Assembly: GCA_965235115.1 (NCBI GenBank)
Contig: OZ249445.1
Location: forward strand, 8,494,001-8,558,000
Reading direction: 5' to 3'
Origin: Laetmonice hystrix
Lineage: Eukaryota
DNA: 64,000 nt
Translations under genes and position numbers: made by a program
In this document: positions 22,901 to 34,344 of the stretch, one piece after another
Numbering within the stretch: position 1 is the stretch's first letter
How the letters are laid out: the number at the start of each line of letters is the position of its first letter
The notes under the pieces: generated by a model
The model's database searches: none
Told to the model about the DNA's origin: nothing
The model's input: the letters and a program-made list of their open reading frames with translations, nothing else

Positions 22901-24562
22901 AGTGGAAGGTAACAACATGTTGGGTCCAGCGCCACGGATAACGACACGTTTGTTAGAAGGCATTAGTCCGGCAGAAGCTGCAGCTTTGATGGCCTCTTTA
23001 ATAGCCGCGTTCAGATCCTGGCCCTTGGGAACTTTGATAACCATAGGATGCATGGGATTCGTTGTTGACGCTGAAACTGCCTTGGCGCTGCCCGTCCTGG
23101 ACATTTCTGCATTGGTTGGATTTGGAGGATGTGCCTGTTTCATATGCAATGCTAAATCAAAGGCTGTGAAGAGTCCACTGCACTGACTGCATGCCATACG
23201 ATCGTCCTTACGTTTGTCATTTTTACTGCATCTGTTCCCATGCAATTCAGCGTCTGACTGAGATTTAAAGAGAAGTCCACAATAAGAACAGGGGTGAGAT
23301 GCTCTTCCACTGTGGACTTTCTTGCCCTGAATTGCATTTCCTTTAGAAGCTGTAGTAGTTGTTCCCTTGTTCCCTTTGCTCTGTGGTTCAGGCGATGTAA
23401 CCTCCTTTCTGGCACTAGTGGCCGCAGCAGATGCAGTGCGGGAGGGCCTACCCTCCGAGGGTGTCTGCACCTTTTTGGCCTGTGCCGTCTGCTTTGTAGC
23501 AGTTTTAGAAGACCTGGGCTGGGGGGTGGCCGTCCCTCGCAGTGCTCTTGTAGGCTGGCTTGCGGGCCCTGATATTACCCTTGTTGGTTTTGGTGGGGAG
23601 CGAAGACTCAGCTGTGGAGACTTGGTGGCTACACTTGCTGTGGAGGCGGACCTTAAAGTTGTTGCAGCCCCCCGTCTGTTCCGGACAGGTGAGTGAGAGC
23701 GTGACCGAGGAGGGGACTTAGCATAACGGGCAGGTGTGACAATCACTCGAGTTGGCCTCGGAGGAGAATGTAACCTTGGACTTCTATCTGGCTTCCCCAC
23801 GGAACTTCCTCGTGCTGTCTTAGGTGACACCTTTGCCTGTGATTTACCCTTGGGACTATCGGGTTTTGATCTTGAAGAGGGGCTAGACACTGCCTGGCCT
23901 CTTTTCACAGGAACACCACGTGGCGAGGCCCCATCTGAGAGAGTCCTTTTTCTTGGTGAACCTCCTGATGGTTCTCTTGATTTGACTGGCGACTTTGAAG
24001 GAACCTTTTTAACTGTTTTATCTGTACATTTCTGGACTGAGATAGACCGTTGAAATTTAGCCATATGAATAGGTGATAACTTTACAACAAGTAACCTTTT
24101 AGGAGATTTCGGGGAGCTTTTGGATATTTTGGGAGACTTTTTAATAATAAGCTTCTTTGCTGGTGACTTAGGAAGAGGCTTTTTAGCAGGTGACTTAGTC
24201 ACAGGCTTTTTAGCAGGTGACTTAGTCACAGGCTTTTTAGCAGGTGACTTAGTTACAGGCTTTTTAGCAGGTGATCTTGCGACATTTTTCTTTGTTGGAG
24301 ACTTTCTAGGAGACTTGGCCACAGGTTTCTTGGATGGGGACTTTGCAGCTGCTTTCTTCACAGGAGTCTTGCCAGTTCCTCTCCTGACACCTGCTTTTGG
24401 AGTGCTTGGTGATTTGACAGATGTTTTCTTGGCAATAACCTTCAAAGCCACCTTTTTACTGGGCGATCTTGGAGAAGGCGCAGGCGACTTCTTGGCTGGT
24501 GACCTTGAAATTTTAGGTGAACTTCTCGGGCTTTGAGACACCTTTTTAGGTGACAACTTTAT
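19994..24562 (-). CDS. Large last coding exon of an H1-like SPKK-rich, multi-zinc-finger protein
   Basis: 4.57-kb open frame after a TTGCAG acceptor (phase 0). It has dense S/T-P-x-K/R motifs and nine fingers: CSYC..H..C, CSQC..H..H, CLDC..H..C, CFQC..H..H, CNIC..H..H, CLDC..H..C, CCDC..H..H, CAVC..H..H, CTAC..H..C. Confidence 0.9.
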   Translation of the reverse strand: MKLSPKKVSQSPRSSPKISRSPAKKSPAPSPRSPSKKVALKVIAKKTSVKSPSTPKAGVRRGTGKTPVKKAAAKSPSKKPVAKSPRKSPTKKNVARSPAKKPVTKSPAKKPVTKSPAKKPVTKSPAKKPLPKSPAKKLIIKKSPKISKSSPKSPKRLLVVKLSPIHMAKFQRSISVQKCTDKTVKKVPSKSPVKSREPSGGSPRKRTLSDGASPRGVPVKRGQAVSSPSSRSKPDSPKGKSQAKVSPKTARGSSVGKPDRSPRLHSPPRPTRVIVTPARYAKSPPRSRSHSPVRNRRGAATTLRSASTASVATKSPQLSLRSPPKPTRVISGPASQPTRALRGTATPQPRSSKTATKQTAQAKKVQTPSEGRPSRTASAAATSARKEVTSPEPQSKGNKGTTTTASKGNAIQGKKVHSGRASHPCSYCGLLFKSQSDAELHGNRCSKNDKRKDDRMACSQCSGLFTAFDLALHMKQAHPPNPTNAEMSRTGSAKAVSASTTNPMHPMVIKVPKGQDLNAAIKEAIKAAASAGLMPSNKRVVIRGAGPNMLLPSTVDPKRKAPSQTDPPAKKKKKKKKEQQKAPKENTSAETPKTLPKAAVFTPTVAELFPEKVGEKPSTVDPKRKAPSQTDPPAKKKKEQQKAPKENTSAETPKTLPKAAVFTPTMAELFPEKFGEKPKVHKDKRTVTCLDCGSVVQNRGMLAGHKRVCPAVGQSLVYACFQCHQSFYSSMQLREHKQTSHRYLANQGSMSWEDLVAIKGYKCNICKDVYKTDQELKDHTDQLHNGKCDGMVCTVMTTASPVMMDVPPTAATYQMAEKVINDIVNGVAQGRVPADQMEASFIRKPAQCLDCGLRVACRMELAKHKRVCQPSIDARRIVCCDCSESFKNYRELGDHKRQRHLHLQLKCAVCDLTFESNSLWTDHQNQVHGIEVSKVTPEPAAKRQKVEASKTPEVEEIPVTVQKKGAASKGKKPVPQKSAKGKGKGKVSRKPASKAPSKAPSKAPSKAPSQAPSKAPSKAPSQAPSKAPSKASSKAPSKAPSQAPSKASGKGTKEKAAVTIGTLQYVDNDVDEADIKIEPEEEAVQKKQMAPPSSALVPRRPSSPAISIASSSSESRAAAEGKEGSDDRTSISLANGLVTISADKSKDYEIFVDAKPDGSSIQVKLVRMQEDQETPQKKTPPPSKNVPPKPKEKPQPKKVTPTPAIKKVSPRPSKEADQPPSKEDSAKVVQQGKPINVGGQKMVPIQLPPGFTIPAGSGTSKMFAIPASGLPPELLQLLQSKEKGLQKGAAVVPVLQKSPLAVTSSSKETPVKVAKVQSTPVQDQQPVKIKAVPHRPAILSKNRGGSPTAAVAATSSSPDAAETSSPTAKSAPPSLKGMTGGQILARAQAKILGHSPEEKTTKAVVVGTAPMARPKPAVPAAKGPKRPAGTTTVIDAEELTQKARRNKPVNFIFQCTACHQMYRSSHGFHVHMQSCTGLRKSERMSKKKLSEWQIQPVAGKEGPEEPVAPDENVEWYVASATS
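21422..21582 (-). repeat. Coding 12-bp tandem repeat encoding (K/Q)APS, about 13 copies
   Basis: GGGCCTTGCTTG-type units; translation KAPSKAPSKAPSKAPSQAPS... Confidence 0.9.
22530..22909 (-). repeat. Near-identical in-frame tandem duplication (195 bp + 183 bp) within the zinc-finger gene
   Basis: STVDPKRKAPSQTDPPAK(n)EQQKAPKENTSAETPKTLPKAAVFTPT.AELFPEK.GEKP occurs twice; the copies differ by 8 vs 4 Lys and two residues. Confidence 0.92.
24170..24280 (-). repeat. Coding 27-bp repeat encoding KSPAKKPVT
   Basis: GGCTTTTTAGCAGGTGACTTAGTCACA units, about 4 copies with degenerate flanking copies. Confidence 0.85.
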
Positions 24563-25295
24563 CTGCAAGGATACGTATTTATCATTATCTAATTTTATAA
24601 GTTTCCTGAAGGTTTGTGTAAATAAGTTCTTAGATTGTACTGCTTTTGTACTGTGGTTATTAGGAATTGCTTTTACAAACTAAAGGAGGAACTCTAATAT
24701 AGTTTTTTAAGTAAAAAACATCTTTAACCAGTAACTTTGACTGCCCACAATAAATAAACACATAAAGACAAAACTACACCCACAGGAAAATTATATTTGC
24801 TTAACTGAAATTAGAGGAAGATTCAACAACAGGCCCAAAAATAGAGTTGGTAGCTGACTGTCCTGCATACTGTCAATGAGTAGAAAAATCAATCCTGGAC
24901 CCTTTGACTACATAAAGTCACTCACAATAAATCATAACACATTTACTTAAATTTAGCATCACTATGAAAATTGATTGAATCAGTACAGATGGCCAGCAAA
25001 CCATCAATATTAACTTAAATACAAGGGCAAAGGTGGGGGAAAAACTACAAGACTCTCTTATCACCATCTCTCATACCAATGAAGATGTGATACCAATATA
25101 TCTGCATGAATACTAAAAAGATATTTGATGGCTTTAAAAGACGCCTAGCCAACGAATACTTGTACAAAGATCTACAATGGGTATTTTTACATGGATCACA
25201 GGCATATAAATAACTTTTAACAAAGATACAAGTTGATATAGTTCATATCTCTCCTTGTTCCAACTGCTATCTCTCAGGGTGGTTCATATGTAAAA

Positions 25296-25349
25296 CACTA
25301 GGTGGCGCTTCGTCATGCTAGGAGCGCGGGCATTCACGCCCCCTAGCGG
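25296..25349. promoter_or_regulatory. Pair of oppositely oriented CTCF-like motifs
   Basis: CACTAGGTGGCGCT (+, 25296-25309) and CCGCTAGGGGGCG (-, 25337-25349) match the CCNCNAGRKGGCR core by eye. No binding data. Confidence 0.45.
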
Positions 25350-25616
25350 ATACTTTTATCACTATGTCAGTCGTTGCCATGCATAGGCCTACCCACAAAA
25401 GATCTACGTTTAACACGGTGTTTTTATAACTTTAACACGACAGAAAAAGACCTTTTTCATAATGGTTTTACTGCTTTTTATAAAACAATCATGCACACAT
25501 TTACATTTTAACTCCATTCCTGATAGTTTCATAATGGACACGTATGGACACAAATGAAACAACCCTTTTAAAAATGTTATATTTTTAAAATATTCTGAAT
25601 TCTACAAAATACTTAC

Positions 25617-25712
25617 CCTTAGAGGGGATCTGAAAGGCGACTTTTTGGGGGTCTTGTCTACATTCTTTTTGGGGGATGATCCAACCTTTGATTTCTTCTT
25701 CTGGGATGGCAT
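25617..25712 (-). CDS. First coding exon of the SPKK/zinc-finger gene (MPSQKKKSKVGSSPKKNVDKTPKKSPFRSPLR)
   Basis: TTGCAG acceptor (exon starts 25726), ATG at 25712, AGG|GTAAGT phase-0 donor matching the phase-0 acceptor at 24562, and the same SPKK composition. Spliced CDS is about 1554 aa. Confidence 0.85.
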
Positions 25713-28700
25713 GATGAAAGTAGTTCCTGCAAGTCATGTTACTGACGTTATTTAAAGGGAGTATTATCATCCGACAGATTGACCGGAATCTTTAGATTTA
25801 TACTCACCTAGTTCTAGAATTCGTGAAAGAAATATCTGTGATTTTACCAAGAATAATGCCAATAATATTAATATATTTATGCTGTACAAATCGAACATCT
25901 AAATTGCAAATACTGAAACACCATGTTTGACTTGAAATTTGAGTAATACTAGATCTTTAACTAAAGACATCACCAAAAATAATATGTACTCACAACAACA
26001 ACAAAAAGACTGTCATTTGTGTGTGGGTCAAGGTATCTTCACAGTTCACATTCCACAGAAACTGAGATACATGCATACATTTGAAATCTTAAACATTGGT
26101 ACTATGTAACATGAAACATCTCATGTGATACACACTTTGAGACAAAAGTAAACAAACTAGTGGAGCTGTTTTACATGTCCCTAGATATATTAAGCTCCTT
26201 TTTACAATAATACAGCACATTACATTATCTTTTGATGACATCATACATTTAATATGAGGACAATATTCAGAATTTTAATGTCTTTCATAATGATGAATCT
26301 AGCAAATGAAAGTTCAATGAATAAAAGATGGTAACACCAACCTTTAATGTAAGGGACTAAGGATACTGCCTCATCACTGGGCAACGCCAAATGGGACCAC
26401 TTCTAAAATAAAGGAAGACAAGAACATTTTGGTCACTGCTTTAAATTTTTAGATCAATCATTATATGGTTAATATTTCTTTTGGCTTAAAACGTTTCTAA
26501 ATTAAATTCTTCATGGATGGAATCATTTTAACTTTGGACCATACAAGAAACATTCCAGACTTTTCCTTCAAATGAACATTCACAAATTTAGAAATTCCAA
26601 ATGATGTGTTTATATACCGCAGTATATAATTACGAAAATCAATTCTAAAAACATTTATATTTAATGATGTATTTTTATTTTCCCTCAAATCCAAAAGGAT
26701 AAGATTCAAGACTAAAACAGAGCCTTTCATTCTTTGACTATGTTCAATCAACGTACATTTGTAGGCCAAGCTAAAGTCACCAAATTTACTTTGCGTGTCA
26801 AACACTGAAATATTCTGGAGATAGCACACACAAGTTCTGACACAGTCACAGTGACAGGCATAGCCATAGCAATGATAGCATAGGGGTGCACACAACCATT
26901 ACGCGGTACGGTCTAGGCCTTCTCATTATTAAGGCTGCTCTTTTCCTTTCATTTCGGACGTCCTTATCAGGGCGATTTGACCGGGCCTTCATATCCTCCC
27001 TGTTCGTGTTCCAGTGTTGGAAGCTTCGTGGGCGGCAAGGCTGTTCGAGTCGTTACCGAAAAGGCCGGTGGTGTCGCTGCGATAGCACCCTCCCCGCACT
27101 CGTTAATGACATGCGTACCGTCGCCCCTAGCGGCAGTGGCCAAGACCAACAAAATGTCGGAAGGCGAAGCCGCAACTTAGCCGATGCCTCCAGTCAACAA
27201 CACCACTATTTCTTGGTGTCTCGCTTTTCTAATATGCCCCTAACATATATGTATGATCCCTCTAACCAGAAACGTTTCAAACCTACGTGGCATTATCTCC
27301 CCTTTTAGCTCCACAGAATAAACTTAGGCTAGGTAAATAGGGTAGCAGGATGCGGCCGTGCCACCAGTGTGCGCCATTGTGGATTCCGTCGAATCCAAAG
27401 ATGGCGTGCTGGTGCTCGGGAGTCGGGCTAGCGCAGCCTGGGGACCGACTGCGACACCAATTTCACCCCGACACTGATAAAGTTTGTCCCAAAAGTTGCC
27501 CGATGTCAGTAGGGCACGATCACATGGGTTAAAATATGACAACGCGGTCGTCCTAACGCGCACACGCGGAAATAATACTCGGTAACCGATGATAGACAGC
27601 TCAACTCCTACTGGCAGCGACGGGCACTTGCTGAGGGAGGAAGCCAGTCCTAGCGTAATGACGCCGAACCATTCGCGCGATCTGTGTGCAGCTCCCCCGG
27701 ACACATTACACTAGGTCGGAAGCACCTAACGATCGGTGATACATTATGAACACTGTCTAACAGCATCCAACCCAATGTTATGTTTAATATCGCAAAAATA
27801 CCTACCTTTTATCGTCAGAAGCTCTCAAAATTGATCGCTGCCTGCCTAGCTCGCACAGCGCCACCTACAATGCGACCTTTGGTGCGTGCGTTCGAAGCGC
27901 CCTCTGTGCACGGATTTGATTGGTAGAGCGACTGTGGGCAGGTCAGATTCCGGCAGGTAGGTGGCGAAAACAACAGCCGCCCAAGCGTTCAGCACTGGGG
28001 AAGCGTAGTGCATTCACCGTGCCACTGTCGCCCCCTGGACTATACGCACTCAACCTGCCCCAGTCCAAAGACCTCCGTGGTCGTGATGTTATGATTTTCT
28101 AAGGCATTTATTAGCAGGTCTAGGCCTTATAAATATTTAAAAAATCTAGAGAATAATACTTAATAGCTAAGCTTTATTATTCTCTATCCAATTCACTCTG
28201 GAGATCTCGATTTAATATAGGCCTACATGGCCTTGGCTTAGGCCAGCCAGCTCCCATGCAAGGTAGCTAATGCATGGTAGATATAGGGCTGTAGATCAAG
28301 CAGGTCTCCGTGGTAAGTTTACATCCTCGGCCTAGACAATAAATGCCAGGGGCGGGTCTAGGATTTTGTAAACTGCATGATATAGAGGGTTATTTCCCCC
28401 CTGCTCTTTTTTCTTCGTTTTACTTTTACCTAGGCCCGGGAAGAAGGCGTGCACTCCCGCGCCCCCTGGATGCGAACCTGGAGACAGGCCTATCTGGGCT
28501 CCCAGAGCTAGTTCTATTTATCGGCCTAGGCCTAACCACACGTCTAGTGTCTTCTAAGTTTAGGCCTCTGATAAACCGACTACATATTCGATAGTCGAGG
28601 GCCTGGGCTTACACCCCCCCCCCCCCCCCCCCCAGGGACGTATCTAGAAATTGGTTAAGGGGGGCTTCCTAAGTTTAGGTACTGGTACTTCAGAGGTGGC

Positions 28701-31700
28701 CTTAGGCTTAGAGTTTAGACATGTTCCTCTGGGAAATTGAAAGAAGACATCAAATAATGCAATCTCAGAACGTCTTGTTTTGGAAATATGAAGATTTCCT
28801 TTGGTTAAAATAATGCGCTTTTTATACACTCCTGTTTTACAAAAATGTCCTTAATATAGCAATTTTTTTCAAGGGGGGGGGGGGGGTCCGAGATACTTGG
28901 AAACTCCCCTGGATACGCCACTGCCTCCCCCCTACATTTTATAATACTGAGCATATTTCCTACTTTTATTATTAATTTAACTTTATGAACTAGAGTCCGG
29001 CAAGAGACCGGGATAGGCCTAGATAAGGACCCCCCCCCCCCCGCCTGCATCCAAAGCCGGACATGATCCAGCCACATTTCCGCAGCCACTTGTCCAACCC
29101 ACACGGGAGTCTTCATAATGAGAGAGTTACAGGCGGATCGTGAAGACAGGACCCCTCCTCCCTTGTCACTGATCATTTTATAACTCATATTTTGAAATAT
29201 ATACTCATTAATTTGATCAAAAACATGTTCTATCTCCTAATGCCGCTAACATATGGCTGGTCTATCTGAGATATTCCTTTCAAATGTGACAATTTGGAGC
29301 ACTTTACTGTATCAAAGTTAAAAAGGAAATAACAAGGTAGCAGGGAACGCGGACCATATTGTTTTTTTCTCCTCGGAAATGAAAGGAAATAAGACCTATG
29401 GTATAGAGGCAAAAAGCGACTTAACAATAAACACTCTAAGTAGATTTCATGTAAAATCTGTTAAAATACAGGATCGGTCAGGCACAGGTGTATTTAATAA
29501 TTGACAACTAATCGGCCTTTGACTCGGCATGAATGGAACAAACAAGAACAAATCTCTCCATGATCCCGTTTCCATCAAAATAATAATCACTCGCTTTATT
29601 TCGATAGGACGTTGCAGCCCCGTCCCCGCTAACAGGAGAGACGTTCCACCATTATCGGGATCCGTCCCATACATCCTTTCATACAGCATCTTGTCTTGTG
29701 ATGGGGTTTGGCTAAGACATGATCAGAAACACACACAATATCCTAAATCAACCTTACAACTAACTAAAACAGGGAAATAAGGGATGGCAGAAAAAACACT
29801 GATGGACGACTACACAAAGTCATCTTAATTATGCCAGTATAGCGGTAGTTGCTTTATGTATAGATACTCACTTGATATATTATATATGTATACACATTCC
29901 CTGGGGCAACCTCGTCAAACAGTTCATTCCTTCACTCCTGCTGTAGCCACAACTTTTTCCCTTTCAATCACCACACAAGGCCGATTGACGTTTAGTACTT
30001 TTGGCAAAGAATAATTTCTACGAATACAACGTGATCTATCCCGTATCTATGGTCAGCGTAAACCATCTTTTCAAAAAAGGTATCGATGACGACCTACGCG
30101 TTGGCTTTGGTTGTAATTCCTGTCTAAGGAATATACATATCGTGATTTAATGTTACTCAGTCTCATTACCCCATCTGAAACATACATATAAAATGCTTTC
30201 ACTTGACTTTTGGCACGTTATGTCAGACAAGGTGAATGCTGGTCACACCCTAAATTAATTTTCCCTGGCCCTGACCAGACTGTGACATACATAATGTGAA
30301 ATTATCACCCTATCCCTCATCTGAAATGTTACTCTGGCTTTACGTACATTTGTATCTGATAGTAAAACTATCTGATTAGGTTTCACAGGGTGAAAGTTTC
30401 CGCCTGAAAATGCCTTTATCTCATTTCATCATTTCCACCGCTCAACCCTGAAACTTTATGGGTGTCTAGTTGCATAGCAGATGTCAGCAAAATGTTTACT
30501 GTAAGACAGGATAAAAACATCTTCAACAAATCCAAAAATACAACATGGGAGTGGCCGCAAATAAGAGAAAAAAAAGAACACCTTCTTTGCCCTAATTTTA
30601 CCCGAATAAGTGGCCTATAGAACTGCGCTGGCTGTCTCCTTATTTGCTCAATTTTATGTTTTTAGCCCAGTGCTACCTGTGAGAAAAGGCGACATTACAT
30701 GACTAGATGTGAAATGGCCGGATAGAAAACCCTGTCCTTACACTGTCAAAGTCCTAGATACGACCCTGCAAAGGTACCTAGTTAACCAATCCATATTACC
30801 TGAATTAGACTAAAACTATACAACTGCAAGGTCTCCTTTGGACGTACTGCCTCACTCGCCCCTAAAAGTTTGCAAATTTGACAAAGACTGTCTTAGGAAT
30901 CTTTATTTACCAGCCATCCCGAAATCATTATCTTTATATCAATTTAATACATGAACAGTATCAGATAAGAAACCAAGGACTCTCTGAGATCTCAACGCAC
31001 CATGAATCATGTCCGAGAATAACAATCTGTGTGTCTTATACGTCTGTTCTATTTTGTTTAAGTACAATACATTTCTTATCATACAACTGGCTAGATAATC
31101 AATATACCGTTTTGTCTGTTGGAATATTTTTGTCTAATTCCTAATAATAAAGATGATTGAACCTGCCAGTTGTGCATCCAAGTTGGCACAATTGCCTACT
31201 CTCTTACCTCCTAAACACAGATCCTTTCAGTCAAACCTTCTCTATGTTGTCATTTTCTTTTTCTATGATTCGGAGTTGCCTTTTCATTTCTTTTAGAAGG
31301 ATCACCCAACACCAGATGTCGCAAGGCTAACATCAATGAAATGTCAGGGCAAGGTTCCATGCTACACCTTTGAATTCAACTGCCTTGAAACCTGGCTACT
31401 AACCTCGTTCATCAAGTAGGGGTAAAGGGCACATTAAGTCCGGGGGGAAATTAGGCTCCAAATGCAAGATTATATTGGATCTTAATGCCCCATACGTGTG
31501 GGTAATAGACCCCATTTATAAAACATAATTTGTTATATTTTCTATACATGTTTCTAATAGATCTGCTGTGGGTTTATTAACAGTGACGTATTTGTATTTT
31601 CTGAATAGTCTAGGCTGCGCTTTCCCCGTATATATATAGAAATATGAAAGAATCAAAAAGTGTGCCCCCCTTGCCCTACATCTCACCAAAACTGTGATGA

Positions 31701-32485
31701 CAAGGATTTAAATCTTTGGCAAACATTCTACACAATCAAAATTATATTCTACTGCCGTTCACCACACCAGGAAGTTAATGGGGAGAAAGGCCATGCATAT
31801 TGAGACCGAGCAATCAAAGAGATTACAAACCACTCAAAAAGCAAAGCTCGTTACATACCAGGTCTCAACAAATTTTACTTCTTTTTTTTTTACCCAAACC
31901 AAACATCAATTACAAAATTTTATCACCATCCACAAATCTTAGCTAAAACAATTCATTTTGTCTACAGTATTAAGATACATCTATATGTACTTAGAAGAGC
32001 AATTGTGTTATAAGGCACCTTTCGTTCACAGATATGCTCTAAAGATCGGAGGAAAAATGAAGCAAGCCAACACCAGTTTTCTTGCCTCTCATCTTGCAAA
32101 CAGTGAAAACATGCCTTTTCTCTATCTTGCTGTATATTTACTTCAGACGTTTGATTGTCTTATATTCCTGAATAGTTGATAGCAAACTAAAAACCAATAC
32201 ATGTACCTAATAACTCTCTGAAACCACACTGAAAGCAAAATAGTATCCTTGTCATAATGTGAATAATATGCACATTTAACTTCAAAGTTTTTCGTGTCCA
32301 ACAACTATTTGTTATTAATTCACCCTGACAAATAAGAGGCCTTACAAGATGCATGTAAATATATGACCTGTGGCATAATGAACCAGTAGTAATTGATCCA
32401 CTACCAAGTGACACCACTGTAACCAGGGAGTCTGGAGCTGTCTCTTAAGTCCACAGTCCACATCATTCTAACGTCGGCCAGGCTG

Positions 32486-32624
32486 TCATCTGGAGTTTTT
32501 GGGTGTGCTGCTGATGCTACGGCGATCATTGGAACTATAACTTGAGGATGGGCTATGGGTGACAGATCGATGCCGAGATTTTGAGCCATTGGGTGTATGT
32601 GACCTGGACCGTGGCCCTGGATAC
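32486..32624 (-). CDS. JMJD6: JMJD6 coding exon 9 (Ser/Arg-rich tail, stop TGA)
   Basis: TTTTTGACAG acceptor, phase matches exon 8; reads YPGPRSRSHTPNGSK...PKNSR*. Confidence 0.78.
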
Positions 32625-32906
32625 CTGTCAAAAAGAAATTGCCATTCAAAACTGGCGTTGACAACATAAGATGAACCTATAAGTATATCTCAACATATCG
32701 TTTCTTGACATGTTGGTGAATAAAATTTAAAAAGCCAAACCTACACAAAGTAGGTTTGTCCCTCATTTAAAACCGGTTACCCAAAAATATTAAAACATGA
32801 GGGAACAAGCCTTATTGATAAAGACTCATACAAACAAAAGTTTCTTCTTGGTGGAAGCTGAACTCCAACATCCATAACATAAGTTATCTCACAGAAGAGC
32901 ACCAAC

Positions 32907-33082
32907 CTCCTTTTGCGTTTAGTGCCTGCGTCACTGTCCGAGTTGCTGTCTGAGCTGCTATCAGCTGAACTGTCCGAGTCCGAGCTAGAGCTAGAGCCAG
33001 AACTTGAACTATCTGATACAATGGGTGTAGGTTTACTAAGGTCCACTTTGTCTGCAATAGCAGCTAGGTCTGGATGATGAAC
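32907..33082 (-). CDS. JMJD6: JMJD6 coding exon 8 (poly-Ser region)
   Basis: TTTCAG acceptor; VHHPDLAAIADKVDL...SSSSGSSSSSDSDSS...KRKR; AG|GTTGG donor. Confidence 0.88.
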
Positions 33083-33241
33083 CTGAAATGATGAGGAAAT
33101 GCGATTTTTCTTACAATATTAGAAATTGGAAAAAACATCATTCAATGTAGATTAGTATGCAGTAAGTTAAAACACCTTCGAGAAGAAATTTATACATGAC
33201 TTGCTTTAGCATTTATTTAAAGTTAAATGATATTACCTTAA

Positions 33242-33581
33242 AGGTGCTATTCGTCTCGCACAGAATGGCGTTTCTTCTATCATACATTGTGCACATAGTA
33301 CTAGAAAAAATTCCTACCGATACCATTGGCCTGATAAACCTTCTATTAGTTTGTGTACAGCATTTGAAACCTATCTCGGTGCGCACCGAGATAGAGCCAT
33401 TTCCTATGGTGGGGCGTGTCAGGGTCTCCACAGGCCTTCTGATAGAGCCCCATTTGTGCCGTTATCCATAACAAATTTTGATTTCCTTTGTTGTGAAGCT
33501 ATTTCCATGATAGGTGGGATCACATAAACGCCAACAAAATTAAAAATAAAAAAATTGAACTTTTTTTCACAAATAGCACCT
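33242..33581. mobile_element. Non-autonomous Kolobok-type DNA transposon (340 bp) in JMJD6 intron 7
   Basis: TTAA at 33238-33241 and 33582-33585 flank inverted ends AGGTGCTATT(C/T)GT / ACAAATAGCACCT. TTAA duplication with purine-purine termini fits Kolobok better than piggyBac (CCY termini). Confidence 0.78.
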
Positions 33582-33747
33582 TTAAAGTCGAAATTTGTTG
33601 AGGCTCCATGGAGCTTCTCACTGGCTTGTTTACTCCTACTGAGGAAGCAATGGCGACATGTTTCTTCACCATGTATTACGGGTACTTCATATAATGTACA
33701 TTGACATGCTTGGCCCAGTTTGGACCTGGGCACTTGACACAACCTAC

Positions 33748-33936
33748 TCTGAGAGCTTTGAGCCACTTCTTGGAGAGTTTGGGACGGCCACGTACTGTCT
33801 TGTGCCACACAATTGGGAAGTTTGTACGACTACAAAAATTCTGCGTGACTGCAACTGTTTCATCCATGTTGAGGACAACATGCCACCAGCCTCCAGGAAC
33901 AAACACAGTCTCCCCTGGACCCTGCAGGATCTCAAG
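33748..33936 (-). CDS. JMJD6: JMJD6 coding exon 7
   Basis: [23 protein letters not shown]...[11 protein letters not shown]: third Fe(II) ligand His and the GRP motif; canonical AG/GT. Confidence 0.96.
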
Positions 33937-34344
33937 CTGCCAATGATAACACAAGTACTGTCACAATTTGATCAGCAGAGAGGCTGCCAGATGGAACAGC
34001 CTGGCAGGACATGGTCCTGAATGGTACACAATATACCCAGCCCAATACTATCAAAAGTCAATAACTAAAACAATGTTATTATCTTGGGTAATGGCCTAGA
34101 TCATATCACTAAATCAAATCTTCTTTCCCACTAAAGCAAGTTATAACATATCAACATGTAAAATATTAAACTTTTCAGTCTCTTATATTTGTGCAAATTT
34201 AATGTGGTATAATTATATCGAGCCCTAAATAGAGTGTGCAACACTTCAACATTATTTGCATGTTTCATAGTGTTTAAAATTCCATCAGAGGTGCTGGAGA
34301 TGCTTGACGTCTGGTGAACATTACACCATGTATCGTCCACTTAC

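Noticed and set aside
20183-24536. Antisense and alternate-frame ORFs (LGPCLGP.., GALLGA.., AGDLVTGFL..) that resemble transmembrane or collagen-like repeats
   Set aside because: They are the reverse or shifted readings of the KAPS and KSPAKKPVT coding repeats.
26880-28100. ORFs in the CpG-rich region upstream of the zinc-finger gene
   Set aside because: No homologous signal; more likely promoter or 5' UTR sequence.
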